This document shows, piece after piece, positions 9,694 through 20,700 of a DNA stretch of 64,000 nucleotides. The notes below the pieces were generated by a model, which was not told where the DNA came from, searched no databases, and saw only the letters and a program-made list of their open reading frames with translations. The stretch comes from a virus (Duplodnaviria; Caudoviricetes). Location: the IMG/VR virus record IMGVR_UViG_3300021426_000071, positions 65,023 through 129,022 of that record. One strand, given 5' to 3'. The translations under genes were made by a program, and so were the position numbers. Positions within the stretch are counted from its first letter, which is position 1, and the number at the start of each line of letters is the position of its first letter.

Positions 9694-10808
9694 ATGGCTT
9701 TTAAGCTTGGCGATCTTGTTATTGATAGAATCGTTGATGGTGTTGCTGAGAAGAACGACGGCACACTGCTTTATATCCTGACTAACCTTCAGGAGGCTAC
9801 TATTGACATTACTGCCGATTCTGTTGATGCTGTTGACGGAACGGGTACGATCATTAAGACGTTTTATCGTGGCAAGCAAGGTCAAGATTATAATGTGAAA
9901 ATTGCGTAATTATAATCAGGCCGTCTATGATGAATCCACTATGTAGATCATAGATTATGAGTGATGAAAGAAACTGGAAAACCCTTTGCATGGGTAATCA
10001 GAGCGGAAGTTACTACGTAATAGTAGTAACACGCGCAACGCATAGGAAATGAAACTTATATTGAGATATATAAGAATATAATTTTCCCACGAGTCATCAC
10101 TACCGGGTGGAATAAGGCGCAGAGCCTTATGGTAAATAGATATGCTGGACTATATTGTAATGATATAGAGGTATGGATAAAAAGCCATACGATAACAAAT
10201 CGGAATTTACTGCCACGAACTCCACCATCTCTCTGCCGATCATCGGCGCGATGAGTGGAACTGATACAGTTGAGGCTAAGGCTGATGCTGCTCTGACGAT
10301 CCCGAGAATTATTACGACTGGCAAGAAGAGTGGTATTACTCTTCCGGGTATCAAAGATAATGGTGCTAGTTCTCAGATTAAGGTGAATGGCGTTGCGTCT
10401 AATGGAACGCTTGGTGACGAGATCACTTCTGAGAATTATACAATCTCTGTTGTTTCCGGCAAGGATAGCACGATGGAGATTACGTCTAATGATTATGACC
10501 ATTTCATCATCAAGTACAACAGAAATGTTACACAGAACGCGATTAAGATTGTCAACCGTTCTGATGCGTTCCCGAAGACGGTGAAGCTTACGCTTAAGGT
10601 GCTTATTGTCGATCCTTGCGAAGCCGACACGATCCGCGCTGCGTATGTTGTTTTCCCGTCCTTCCAGCCGTCTCCCGAGCTGTCGATCAGCTTCTCCACT
10701 GATGCTACGATTGACTTCACGGGTCGTCTTCAGACCTCGTACTGCGGCACAGAGAAGGTGCTTTATGAGATCTATGTTTGCAGTGACGACGAAGAGGAAA
10801 CTGCTTAA
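9694..10808 (+). CDS. Major tail (tube) protein, spliced: join(9694..9882,10203..10808), 264 aa
   Basis: Strong AGGAGG RBS. Removing 9883-10202 joins the two ORF fragments in frame (...KTFYRGKQG|EFTATNSTISL...). Both halves share capsid-like codon bias. Confidence 0.8.
9883..10202 (+). mobile_element. Group I intron (320 nt, no ORF) in the tail tube gene
   Basis: Exon ends in U and intron ends in G. P1: exon GGU pairs with GCC 9920-9922, extended by GATTATAAT/ATTATAATC. P3: AGTGATGA 9960-9967 / TCATCACT 10094-10101. P7: A(C)GCATA 10038-10044 / TATGCT 10141-10146. P2, P5, P6 and P9 hairpins are present. Confidence 0.85.
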
Positions 10809-10824
10809 TAATATTTAAAATTGT

Positions 10825-10852
10825 AAAGGGAGGGCCGAGTTGCCCTCTCTTT
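10825..10852 (+). terminator. Intrinsic terminator-like hairpin after the tail tube gene
   Basis: AAAGGGAGGGC-CGAGTT-GCCCTCTCTTT. Confidence 0.55.
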
Positions 10853-10872
10853 GATATTACTAAGGAGATAAT

Positions 10873-11193
10873 ATGAGCGATACAAGACAGTGTGTTATCT
10901 GTCAAACTGAGTACGACTATTGTCCCGGGTGTCCAAGATATAGTCATCTGCCGAGTTGGATGTTTATGTTTCACAACGAGAACTGTAAAAACATCTGGGG
11001 CGTGATTAATGGTTATAGGGCAGGAACAATTGATGCCAAAAAAGCTAAACAAGAGCTTTCAAAGCTTGATCTCTCCAAGAGAGACACGTTTAAACCATTT
11101 TATCAGGACATGATTAAGAAAATCTGCTCAGAGGCAGAACCAAAGAAAACAGAAGAGGCGGTAAAAATGAAGCCGCACTTTAATAAAAAGTAA
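10873..11193 (+). CDS. Small Cys-rich (Zn-binding) protein
   Basis: AAGGAG RBS; CxxC-x6-CxxC and HxxxC motifs. Confidence 0.65.
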   Translation: MSDTRQCVICQTEYDYCPGCPRYSHLPSWMFMFHNENCKNIWGVINGYRAGTIDAKKAKQELSKLDLSKRDTFKPFYQDMIKKICSEAEPKKTEEAVKMKPHFNKK

Positions 11194-11257
11194 TAGTGAA
11201 CCAAAAGGGGGTATGAACCGTTCACTATCGAATAATTCATACCCCCTTTTTTATTTT
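11193..11257 (+). promoter_or_regulatory. Terminator with a competing antiterminator helix
   Basis: Terminator stem AAAAGGGGGTATGAA 11203-11217 / TTCATACCCCCTTTT 11236-11250 plus a T-tract. Interleaved alternative helix ATAGTGAAC 11193-11201 / GTTCACTAT 11220-11228. Confidence 0.65.
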
Positions 11258-11273
11258 AAGGAGTAAACAGAGT

Positions 11274-11504
11274 ATGAAAGAAACAGTCAGAAGCCAGACG
11301 ACTGGCAAAGAGTATGCTCCGTCTGATGTTGTAAGAATTGTAAACCAGCTTCAGGCCGCAACCTATATGGCGCACGGAGCAGAGTTGCTCGACGTGTATA
11401 GCAGTCGAGATTATAAAACCCATCGTCCCACGATGGTATACATCTTTAATCGTGCTGCTACTACCCCACTCTATGATGCATGGTGCAACCATATTCTGAC
11501 ATGA
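11274..11504 (+). CDS. Hypothetical protein (76 aa)
   Basis: AAGGAG RBS; directly follows the terminator switch. Confidence 0.65.
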   Translation: MKETVRSQTTGKEYAPSDVVRIVNQLQAATYMAHGAELLDVYSSRDYKTHRPTMVYIFNRAATTPLYDAWCNHILT

Positions 11505-11517
11505 GGGAGGTAGAGAA

Positions 11518-11793
11518 ATGAACGAAACTTCTTATGAGACAAGATTTATCTGCCGGACTGCAATTGGAAAGCCGCTTTATATCGTGGCTGAAAATAAAGC
11601 CATTAATGGTCACGGCGGGACGGTATCGTCTTATCGGCTGAGCGATAATTTTGCAGATGCATCGAAGTGCATGAATAAAGTTACGGCGCGGACTTTGATT
11701 AAGGATTATCTTCAGTCAACCAATTCAACTAAAACCTTCGACATTTATGCCGTAGGAGTAACCGTAAAGCTGGGGGAAAAGATTAATGAGTGA
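11518..11793 (+). CDS. Hypothetical protein (91 aa)
   Basis: GGGAGG RBS; overlaps the next gene. Confidence 0.6.
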   Translation: MNETSYETRFICRTAIGKPLYIVAENKAINGHGGTVSSYRLSDNFADASKCMNKVTARTLIKDYLQSTNSTKTFDIYAVGVTVKLGEKINE

Positions 11794-12268
11794 GGCAATT
11801 ATGGTTTCAATCGATCCCAGTACCAAGGTTACAGGGATGGCGCTGTTTCATGGCGGGGAGTTAACAACATCTTATGCTATCAATTTAAGCGCGAGTAAGA
11901 AAGATGCTGAAGGAAGAATCCTTGACATGGGCAGAGAGATTATGACGAAGCTTGATGAGTGGAATCCTGCAATTCTATATGTAGAACAGCCACAGGGACA
12001 CGGAAACAACATTCGTGTCGCGAGACTTATTTCTGAACTGATTGGGTTTTGCAAAGCTTGGGCTGTTCAGAATAATGCATATATTGAAGAGGTTCCGCCA
12101 TCCGTGTGGAGAAAATATCTCGGGCTGGATCAGGGTGGAAAAAAGAGAGAACAATTAAAACGGGACAGTATGAATGCAGTCCTTGATGTATTTGGAATCA
12201 ATGTATCCGAGGATGAGTCGGACGCTATTAATATAGGAAGCGCAATGCTTCAGAGGTATATGGAGTAA
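11786..12268 (+). CDS. RuvC-like Holliday junction resolvase
   Basis: SIDPS-x-x-x-TG, YVEQ, W-R-K and DESDA motifs match the RNase H-fold RuvC catalytic set. Confidence 0.8.
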   Translation: MSEAIMVSIDPSTKVTGMALFHGGELTTSYAINLSASKKDAEGRILDMGREIMTKLDEWNPAILYVEQPQGHGNNIRVARLISELIGFCKAWAVQNNAYIEEVPPSVWRKYLGLDQGGKKREQLKRDSMNAVLDVFGINVSEDESDAINIGSAMLQRYME

Positions 12269-12271
12269 TTT

Positions 12272-12757
12272 ATGGATATTGGAAAATTTGTGGAAGAATT
12301 TGATCAGTCTCAAGCGAAAGACAGGGTTGTTAAGAAGCATATTGTAACTAATTATATTTCCTACGAGGTAAAGATTTCAGAGGCAAATAAGATCATTAAA
12401 CATTCCTTTTATACCGATGTGGATGGCGAGGAAACGTATCTCGCAAATTCGCCAGTTAGATACATCTTGTTTATGATGGCGGTTATCAGGAGTTATACAG
12501 ATCTTGAATTTGATAATACGAACGCAATGATTCAGTTTGATCTTTTGGAATCTAGAGGAATTATTGAAATGATCATTGAGTTGATCGGGCAAGATTATGA
12601 GCGGTTCCAGACTGTCCTTAATATGACAATCGACGACTTAATGAGCAATGAGCGCTCTCTCGTCTCCTATTTTGATCGGAAGCTTACGGCGCTCGGTAAA
12701 ACTATTTCGGAACTGGCAACACAACTAGAAGCACAACAGGCAGCGGCATCTGAATAA
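12272..12757 (+). CDS. Hypothetical protein (possible tail assembly chaperone)
   Basis: GGAG RBS; helical; lies between the tail tube and tape measure genes. Confidence 0.5.
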   Translation: MDIGKFVEEFDQSQAKDRVVKKHIVTNYISYEVKISEANKIIKHSFYTDVDGEETYLANSPVRYILFMMAVIRSYTDLEFDNTNAMIQFDLLESRGIIEMIIELIGQDYERFQTVLNMTIDDLMSNERSLVSYFDRKLTALGKTISELATQLEAQQAAASE

Positions 12758-12771
12758 AACCGCTGTAAATT

Positions 12772-12797
12772 TGGCACGAGTATATCGTGCCATTTTT
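12772..12797 (+). terminator. Intrinsic terminator
   Basis: TGGCACGA-GTATA-TCGTGCCA followed by TTTTT. Confidence 0.6.
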
Positions 12798-12822
12798 AGT
12801 GCGATTTTATTTGGAGGATATT

Positions 12823-13851
12823 ATGAGTTTTAAGAAGCTTGCACCAGTGACTGACGAGCAATGGAAAAAGATTCCACAGGAAAATCGTCAGCTTTTTACT
12901 GATTATTTTTTAGACAATGTAGAACTTAGCGAAAGAACAAAAGAGACATATAAAAGCAATTTGAGAATCTGGTTCTGGTGGCTCTATCAGAATTACGGAG
13001 ACAAATTGCATACAGAGGTAAAAAGTAGAGAGTATAAAAGATTTCAGAATTGGCTTGTTGAGCGTGGCTGTAGTACTTCTGATATTGCTACGAAACGCTC
13101 AACTATCTCCTCTCTCAATAATTATATAATGGTCTATTTTGAGGATGAGTATCCTACATTTAGGAATTTTATAAACGCCTCAATTAAACTTCCAGAAAAA
13201 ACGTTTAAAAACGAAAAGAATCCGCCGACTCGCGAGGAGCTTGCAGCCATGATCCAAAAATTGGAGGATTCAGATCTTTGGGATAAGCATCAAAAGATAG
13301 CTTATCTAAAATTTACTTTTGCAACAGGATGCAGGAGGGCCGAGACCCGTCAGCTACTAAAAAGCGACGTGCTTGATGTTCAACCGATTGTAAAAACAAT
13401 TACCGTATTAGACGAAGATGGCAATAAAGTCGAACACGAAACACGGTATTATATCACGCACGAAATTAGGTGTAAGGGCAGAGGAAAAACTGGTAAAGTT
13501 CGTAGGCTTAAGTATGATGAGGAGGCTCATGCTGCTCTTGTAAAGTGGCTGAAGGATCGTGGTGAGGATAATTGTCCATATGTATTTGTATCGAAGCTGA
13601 GTGATGGACGAATTGAACAGGTATCAGAGTCTACTTTTAATCGATGGGGGTCTGGTATTTTTACAAAGTTGCTCGGCAGAAGATTTCACCCGCATTGTCT
13701 TCGAGAAGCGAGGGCTACTGATGCGGTTGTCGCTCAGGGCGTAGATATTGAAAAAGTACGCGTTTTATTGGGCCATAATGATTCGAGCACAACAAGGATC
13801 TATGTCTGTGGCAACGACGACGAAGGCGCGGATGATGAGTTGTTTATTTGA
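12823..13851 (+). CDS. Tyrosine recombinase (XerC/D-like) in the tail module
   Basis: GGAGG RBS before ATG 12823. Catalytic set present: TGCRRAE (R), KGRGK (K), HCLR (HxxR), LGH, TRIY (Y). Confidence 0.9.
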   Translation: MSFKKLAPVTDEQWKKIPQENRQLFTDYFLDNVELSERTKETYKSNLRIWFWWLYQNYGDKLHTEVKSREYKRFQNWLVERGCSTSDIATKRSTISSLNNYIMVYFEDEYPTFRNFINASIKLPEKTFKNEKNPPTREELAAMIQKLEDSDLWDKHQKIAYLKFTFATGCRRAETRQLLKSDVLDVQPIVKTITVLDEDGNKVEHETRYYITHEIRCKGRGKTGKVRRLKYDEEAHAALVKWLKDRGEDNCPYVFVSKLSDGRIEQVSESTFNRWGSGIFTKLLGRRFHPHCLREARATDAVVAQGVDIEKVRVLLGHNDSSTTRIYVCGNDDEGADDELFI

Positions 13852-13921
13852 TACGCGATATTGGTTATGATAATATACAAAAGAGGTAGTAATACCTCTT
13901 TATACATAAAGAGGTGATACG

Positions 13922-14485
13922 ATGGCGGATGAGTTTGATGCTTTGCTTCAAAATTTAAACATTAATTTGAATACCGCTGTTCGTCGTGCGGCGGTCGAAA
14001 TAGGAGAAAAAATCCAAGACGAATATGAAACTGCGATAACTAATTTTTACGCCGATTACGATCCTCAACTGTATGATCGTACATATAGTCTATACGAGGG
14101 AGCAAAAGGGATTGGTGGTTATGGCACGAATATTAAGCAACTTGCAAAAAATATGTACGAGTGTGGAATTACTGTAGGCGCAGAAAATTATAGTGGTAAC
14201 CCATACGTCAAACCATATCCGCATGGATGGGACGCCGATCCATCTATGGTATTTCCTAACGTTTGGGATCTTGGAAGACACGGGTTTAGTAGTTATAATG
14301 TTAGAAAAGCCCACGCCGGAAAAGACAAGGATGATCCAAAATATTGGAAAATAAAGAAAAGTAGTGTTCCTAAAAATAGTACTCCACCCCAAAGGGTAAT
14401 GGATCAAGCTTTTAAAAAATACGATAATCAGGATTATGTGTTTGGAGTATTAAAGAAATATATTAGTGAAATCGGAGGATTTTGA
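13922..14485 (+). CDS. Tail completion protein (HK97 gp10-like, putative)
   Basis: GAGGTGAT RBS; Y-x-R-T-x-x-L motif common in this family; position before the tape measure gene. Confidence 0.5.
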   Translation: MADEFDALLQNLNINLNTAVRRAAVEIGEKIQDEYETAITNFYADYDPQLYDRTYSLYEGAKGIGGYGTNIKQLAKNMYECGITVGAENYSGNPYVKPYPHGWDADPSMVFPNVWDLGRHGFSSYNVRKAHAGKDKDDPKYWKIKKSSVPKNSTPPQRVMDQAFKKYDNQDYVFGVLKKYISEIGGF

Positions 14486-14700
14486 TAATGGGTGGCTGCT
14501 ATATAATAAAATTAATAGATGAAGAAGAACCAATGTGTTATTTAGGATTTTCTGTTGATTATTTATTATTAGTCAGTCGTCGTCAAAGTCAGGTATTTAT
14601 AGTAGAGGAACTCGTAAACGATCGCGTAATTCATCGTTTGAGAGGTCGTCGTTTTATTCCCATTAGAATACAGGGAAATGATTTTTGGGAGCGGTCATGA
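14482..14700 (+). CDS. Small hypothetical protein
   Basis: GGAGG RBS; overlaps the upstream stop codon; AT-rich; followed by a terminator. Confidence 0.45.
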   Translation: MIMGGCYIIKLIDEEEPMCYLGFSVDYLLLVSRRQSQVFIVEELVNDRVIHRLRGRRFIPIRIQGNDFWERS

Positions 14701-14714
14701 CCGCTCTTTTTTTT
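14687..14714 (+). terminator. Intrinsic terminator
   Basis: GGGAGCGGTC-AT-GACCGCTCTT inverted repeat plus a long T-tract. Confidence 0.7.
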
Positions 14715-14732
14715 ATGTAAAAGAGGTGTGTT

Positions 14733-17700
14733 ATGGCAAGTAAAAGTAAGGGAAGTTATATTATAAAATTAGGGGCCGACATCTCTGCCGTCGAAGCTGC
14801 GGTAGCAGAAGCCAAGGGACAAATTACAAATCTTGGCGACGATAAGGTTCTTATTCAAATTGATTATGATCATGGCGATATGGCTGCTGTGCGAAACGCT
14901 GTACAGAGCATTATTGATTATGATCCAAAAGTGCGCGTGCAGATTCAATATGATCTAGAGTCTGCGGCGTTAAAAAAGAAAAAAGAAGAGCTTGAAAGCG
15001 ATGAAGATTTATTCAAGATGATGCTTGGTGAATCTGATAACCATGCTCTTACGGAACATGTAGCTGGAATTTTAAGAGAGATCGATGATGGTCTTGATAA
15101 GGGGATATCCAAGATTGATCTTGCGGAAAAGCTTAAAAGAGCAATGGATATTTCTGAAAGCTATACTAAATACAAAGATAGAGATTTGCAAGATTATGTG
15201 ACAGATTGGATATATGATCTTGAAGAACAACTAAAAGTTGAGGATTATGAAGCTAAAACAGATATTTTTTCAAATCTCAGAACTAAGATCGAGGACGATA
15301 AGGCAATAATAAAAGGTCTGGAACTTCAGTTAAAAGATCTTAGATCTGCTGGCGCGATAGATATAGACGGAACAATAGATTTTTCTGGTATAGAAAATGG
15401 CGCTTCCGGCGTCGAGCAGCTTGCCTCTGGAATGAAAGAAGCCGCTCAGTCTGCGCGAGAGGCAAAAAAAGAAATAACTGGTTTTAGTACAGAAGCGAAA
15501 AAAGTAGGCGAAAGCATCAAGGATGTTTTTGATAACAAACTGCGTGATTTGACCAAAAATTATTTAAGTCAGTTACAGAATACTAATCGTAGAGATTTAA
15601 AAGAAACCGCTTTTGTTATGACAAAAGAGGGAAATATTATTGGTGGAACTGAGTTCGGCACTCATGATTCTGATAAAGGCTTAAACAAGAAGGCGATAAA
15701 AGAAGCACGAGAAGCTGGGCTAACTCCAGAGATTGGTGTACATACTCATGGAGGGTCATTTTTTCCCGCTCCGAGTATAAATGTTGAAGAAAAAGAAGTT
15801 GGTGGCAAATTAACAAAGGTGTTGTCTGGAGACCTTTTTGCTTGGTCAGAAAGTGTTAATCAGGGCATTAAAAAAGAAGTAATGCTTGGATTAAAAGCCA
15901 TAAATATATTTGATTCTGAGAATTTTTATTCAAAATATGGCGAGAAACTTGATGATCCTGTTATTGCTGATAAATTGGCGTCTGAGTATCAAAGAGTTTC
16001 TGCTTCTTTGAAAAACTCTCCGACTAGATATTTGGAAGAATTGGTAAATAAATTTGGCCATAATACCGAATATACAGGAGATATCTTTTCGAATGGCTTA
16101 AAAGATTATCTCACAACGATATTTAGAGATAATTTTGATTTAAACAATATAGATATTGATAGTATCGTTAAAGACGTTGGGTCAAAACTAGGTAAAACAA
16201 GTCGGAGTTTAGGCGACATTATAGAGACCTCTATAAGAAAAAATAGTAAAAATATTACAGACGATGAACTTCTCAATTTCTATGGTTCAATAAGTTGGGA
16301 TGATCTCTATGAAAAATGGGGTCTAAAAGGACTAAAAGAAACAGATATTCATGATTTCCAAATGATAAAGGAATTACCGGGCATATTCAGAAGGGGTGCC
16401 GGAATTAAGGATTTTGATCAATTTTATAAGCTCCATACTCATGATGATTTTTATAATCAAAATCCTTTAAAATTAGACACTTCCGTCCCTGAAATTAATG
16501 TTCCGAACAACACGTCTAAAATAGATGATTATATTTCCAAGCTGGAACGTCTCCACCAATTACAACAAACAATATACAATATGAAACCAGAAGCCGCATA
16601 TGGAAAATCATATGAGGAAACTGGAAGACATATAGAGAAGCTAAACGCCCAGTATGAACAGACTGTTGCAGAAATAGAAAAACTTCGCGAAGCGGACGAT
16701 GGTTCTGCTGAAATTAAAGAACAAATCGGCCTTCTCGAAAATCTTGCCGTTGCTTATAGAGAAGCAATGGAGAATTCATTTCCAAACGATGTAGCTCATG
16801 GAGATTGGCTTCGTAAGTATACGAATCTTTCTCCGAAAGATATTTATGGAGATAGCTCTGATTACACATTCAGAGCCATAAAGAGAAGTGCTGAAGAATT
16901 CAGAAATCAATTACAGCAAAGTGAATTAGACATTTTTAGAGAAGCGAATTTTTCTAATGAAGACCTGTCAAAATTGCCACAGGAAACCGGAAGCACATCT
17001 GCTCTTTTAGAAATACCTGAAATTATGGAGCGAATAACTTCTGCCGGAAAAGAAGCCACTCAAACTATGAAAGAGTTTTATTCCGCAGTCTCAGGAGAGG
17101 GTGACGGCGGTGGCGGAATAGGTTCTACTTCTGACTCGGAAGTAGATAGCTTAAGGTCTGAATTAGACCAAGCAGAGAGGGATGCTGAAGCAGAACGTCG
17201 TCGGGCCGTAGATGCAGAGGAACGTGCGGAACAAGCTGAGGATGAGGCTAAAGGCTATTTAGATGCCAATACAAGGTTATCAAACGAATTAGCTGAGGAA
17301 AGAAAAAATGCATCAGAAAGAGAAAAGGCTGATGCGGAAAGAATTTCACAGTTAGAATCAGACCTAAGTTTAAAAGACGATTTGTATCGAATCGCTGTTC
17401 AGGATCAGGTTGACTCAGATAAGAGGGCAAAAGAATACGAAGAGTTAAATAAAGATCTTCAAAGGCAAGTAAGCGAATTACAAAGGGGTAAACAAGCTAA
17501 TGAGTCAACTGATAATCTAGGACGGGAATCCTCGAATACAGCCGATGGTATAGATAAGGAATCTGAAGCATTAACCAGATTAGCCAGTATTGCGCTTACC
17601 GCTGCCGCAAATAAAGACCTTGTTACGCAGAGTAATATTAGTCTTGCGAGCCAAATGACGGCGTCTACATCTAAAATTTTAGAGGAAGCAGAAGCATTAG

Positions 17701-20700
17701 ATAAGCTTGCACAGAATGCAAAGAAAGCGGCAGACGAGAAGAAAAGGTTTACCAATAATGTCAAGGAGGCAGAACCAGCCGAGGAAAAGACAAAAAAGAA
17801 TACAGAAAGCAAAGGTAAAAAGAAGAAGGATTTTGAAAAAGAATATCTTTCTTCAATCGACAAGTTTAAAAAATTAGCTCAGGACGGTGCACTAGAACAA
17901 TTATTGCCGGATCGATACTCTTCCTTACGGCAACAATTAAATTCAATCGAACCGAATGCATATTCTATCGATAAGTTTAACGAATCTTTAAAAGAAACCG
18001 CCACTCTTCTCTCAGATGTTAAGAAGCGTCATGTAGAAATAGAGAAGGCGTCTGAGAAAGGATATATGAAGGCTATTAGTGAATACACTAATAGCGAACA
18101 AGATTTACTGAAGTATTTACCGGACTCGGCGGAGCAATTAAAGAAAGAGTTAAATTCGATTGAACCTAATACTGCATCAATTGATCAGTTTATGTCTCAC
18201 CTTGAAGAAGCCCGTAAAAAGATGGATGACATGAGAGATTCTTTCAATTTGTGGCGTTTTTCATTCGATGAGGCGAATATTCTCAGTAGAAAAGTTCAAA
18301 ATAATTCTCATCTAAATGAATTATTTGGGCAAAGAATGTCAGACATTGAGGATAAAACTCCTTATATAGACCCTTATGATACAGAAGGTGTCGAAAAGTA
18401 TCATGATGAAGTTAAAAGTTTAATAGCCGATGTAAATCAGGCCCAGCAGATGGTGGCAATGGATGCAGACAGCGGAATTTCAAGCATTGCCAGATTAGCT
18501 AAAGATAGAAATCAATATATTGATGCTCTGGTAAAAACAGCAAATGGTAAAGGAACTGGTGCATTAGAAGATGTAATTCAAAATTATAATTCAAAACTTG
18601 ATGCAATTAAACAAAAAATTGCAGACATTAAAGCAGAGTGGGGAGAAAACGATCCCAATGCGAATAGGCTTCAAAAGAATCTTAACTTATATCAGTCTGA
18701 TACCGCAGATAAAATCAGACAACGTCTTCTCGCGGACGCACAGGCGAAACAACAAAAAATAACAAATGCCCAAATGTCTCCTAACGATTTCGTGCCAGCA
18801 TTTACTGCCGAACTTAAATCTGCGCATGATTCGGTTGATTCTATAGTCAAGGAAATAAGTGGCGCGGATGTGTCAAAGTTTTTTGATGAAAAGGCTGTTG
18901 AAAAGTGGGTAGACTCATTGAAGGATGCCCAAAATACAATTGACAACATTAAAAAGCAGGAAAATGTATCGGCCACTGAAAATCAATTGCAAACGTTGAT
19001 GCGAAGAATCAACACAGATATATCCCATCGTGGACTGCGTGGAACGCTGGCAGATGAATACTCAGATTTGAAAACTCGCGTAGAAGCAGCAGCCGCGGCA
19101 ATCAGAGATGCCGATGATGCCGCTGAGGCTGTTAGCAAAATAGATATGAAGGGTTTCGTAACTGAATGGAGTACTCTAAATGCAAAAGCTAGAGAAGCTG
19201 GGCAATTATCAGATGGGTTTGCCAAGAAGTTTAGTGAAGCTATTAATAATCAGTCGGCACAGTTTTTGGCAACGTATTTTAGTTTTCAAGACATGGTGCG
19301 CTATGCAAAAGAAATTTCCCAGACAGTTGTACAGACTGATAGCGCACTTGTTGAGTTAAGAAAGGTATCAAACGAATCCAACGATAGAATTCAGGAAAGT
19401 TTTCAGAAGTCTGCCGAAACAGCTCAGGAAATGGGAAGTACTGTTACCGACGTTGTAAACAGTACAGCAGATTGGTCGAGGCTTGGCTATGACATTGGAG
19501 ACGCCGAAGAACTGGCTAGAGTTACCACTCTTTTCCAGAAGGTTGGCGACAATATGACGCAAGAGTCTGCAAGCCAGTCGCTTGTTTCGATGCTACAGGG
19601 ATTTCAAATGGACGCATCGCAAGCGGAGCGGATTGTTGACAGCGTGAATGCCGTCGCTAATAATTTCGCAATTGACACAGCAGGAATCGGCGATGCGTTA
19701 CAGAGATCGGCTGCGGCATTTAATGCGGCTGGTACAGATTTAAATAAATCTATTGCATTGGTTACAACAGCGAATGCAGTGGTACAAGATCCGGCATCTG
19801 TGGGTAAATGTTGCCCACTTCATAGGTAACTATGAAACACAAAAAGTAGCTATATCGGTTAAAGTCCAGCGGTGGATCAGACCGAGGTAAGACCTAGAAT
19901 ATGTATATGTTTGTATGTGATACGCCAATTAGGATGGCGTGTCTTTTTTTTATGAGGAAAAAATATGCCAAGAAAAGGAGATTTAAAAGGAGTATACGTT
20001 CCTTGTGAGAACTGCGGCAAGATTCTTTATAGAACGCCGTATAGGATGAATAAAAACACACATCAGTTTTGTAGCAATCAATGCCAAATGGAATACGAGC
20101 ATAAGCAAAGATTTGAGGATAGAAAATGTGAAGTATGTGGCAAGGTAATGCATCTATCGAAATTATCTACGCAGAGGTTCTGTTCCGAGTTGTGTCAACA
20201 TGAATGGCAGAAGACGCGTGTTGGAGACCTAAACCCAAAAACGAAACGTGTAGAGGTTCAATGTGATTGGTGCGGTAAAATGTTTACTAAGACGCCGTCT
20301 GTATATGCGTTAACAGATAGACATTTTTGCTCTAACGAGTGTAGGCGCAACTGGTACGCAAAGGTTTTGAGCCAACAAGACTCTTGGAAGGCGGCATCAA
20401 GAGATCGATGTCTAAATATGCTTGCGGCTGGTGAAATAAGCCATACAAATACAAAACCACAAATTATTGTCAACGATATATTGACAGACAAAAACATTAA
20501 GTTTGAAAACGAACACATATGTGGTTTTTACTCTCTCGACAATTATCTATTAGAATCTAATCTTGCTATTGAGGTAATGGGTGATTTTTGGCACGCATCA
20601 CCGCTAAAGTATAATATAGACAATCTATATCCTAATCAAAGAAAAGCAATTGGGAGAGATAAGGCGAAGAGGACGTATGCCAAGAAATATTACGATATGG

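Noticed and set aside
9694-10808. Two separate genes (71 aa and 211 aa) or a frameshifted pseudogene
   Set aside because: The intervening sequence folds as a group I intron, and its removal restores one in-frame protein.
13848-13900. Sigma-A promoter upstream of 13922
   Set aside because: TTGATA is present, but no good -10 hexamer lies at 16-18 bp spacing; too weak to call.
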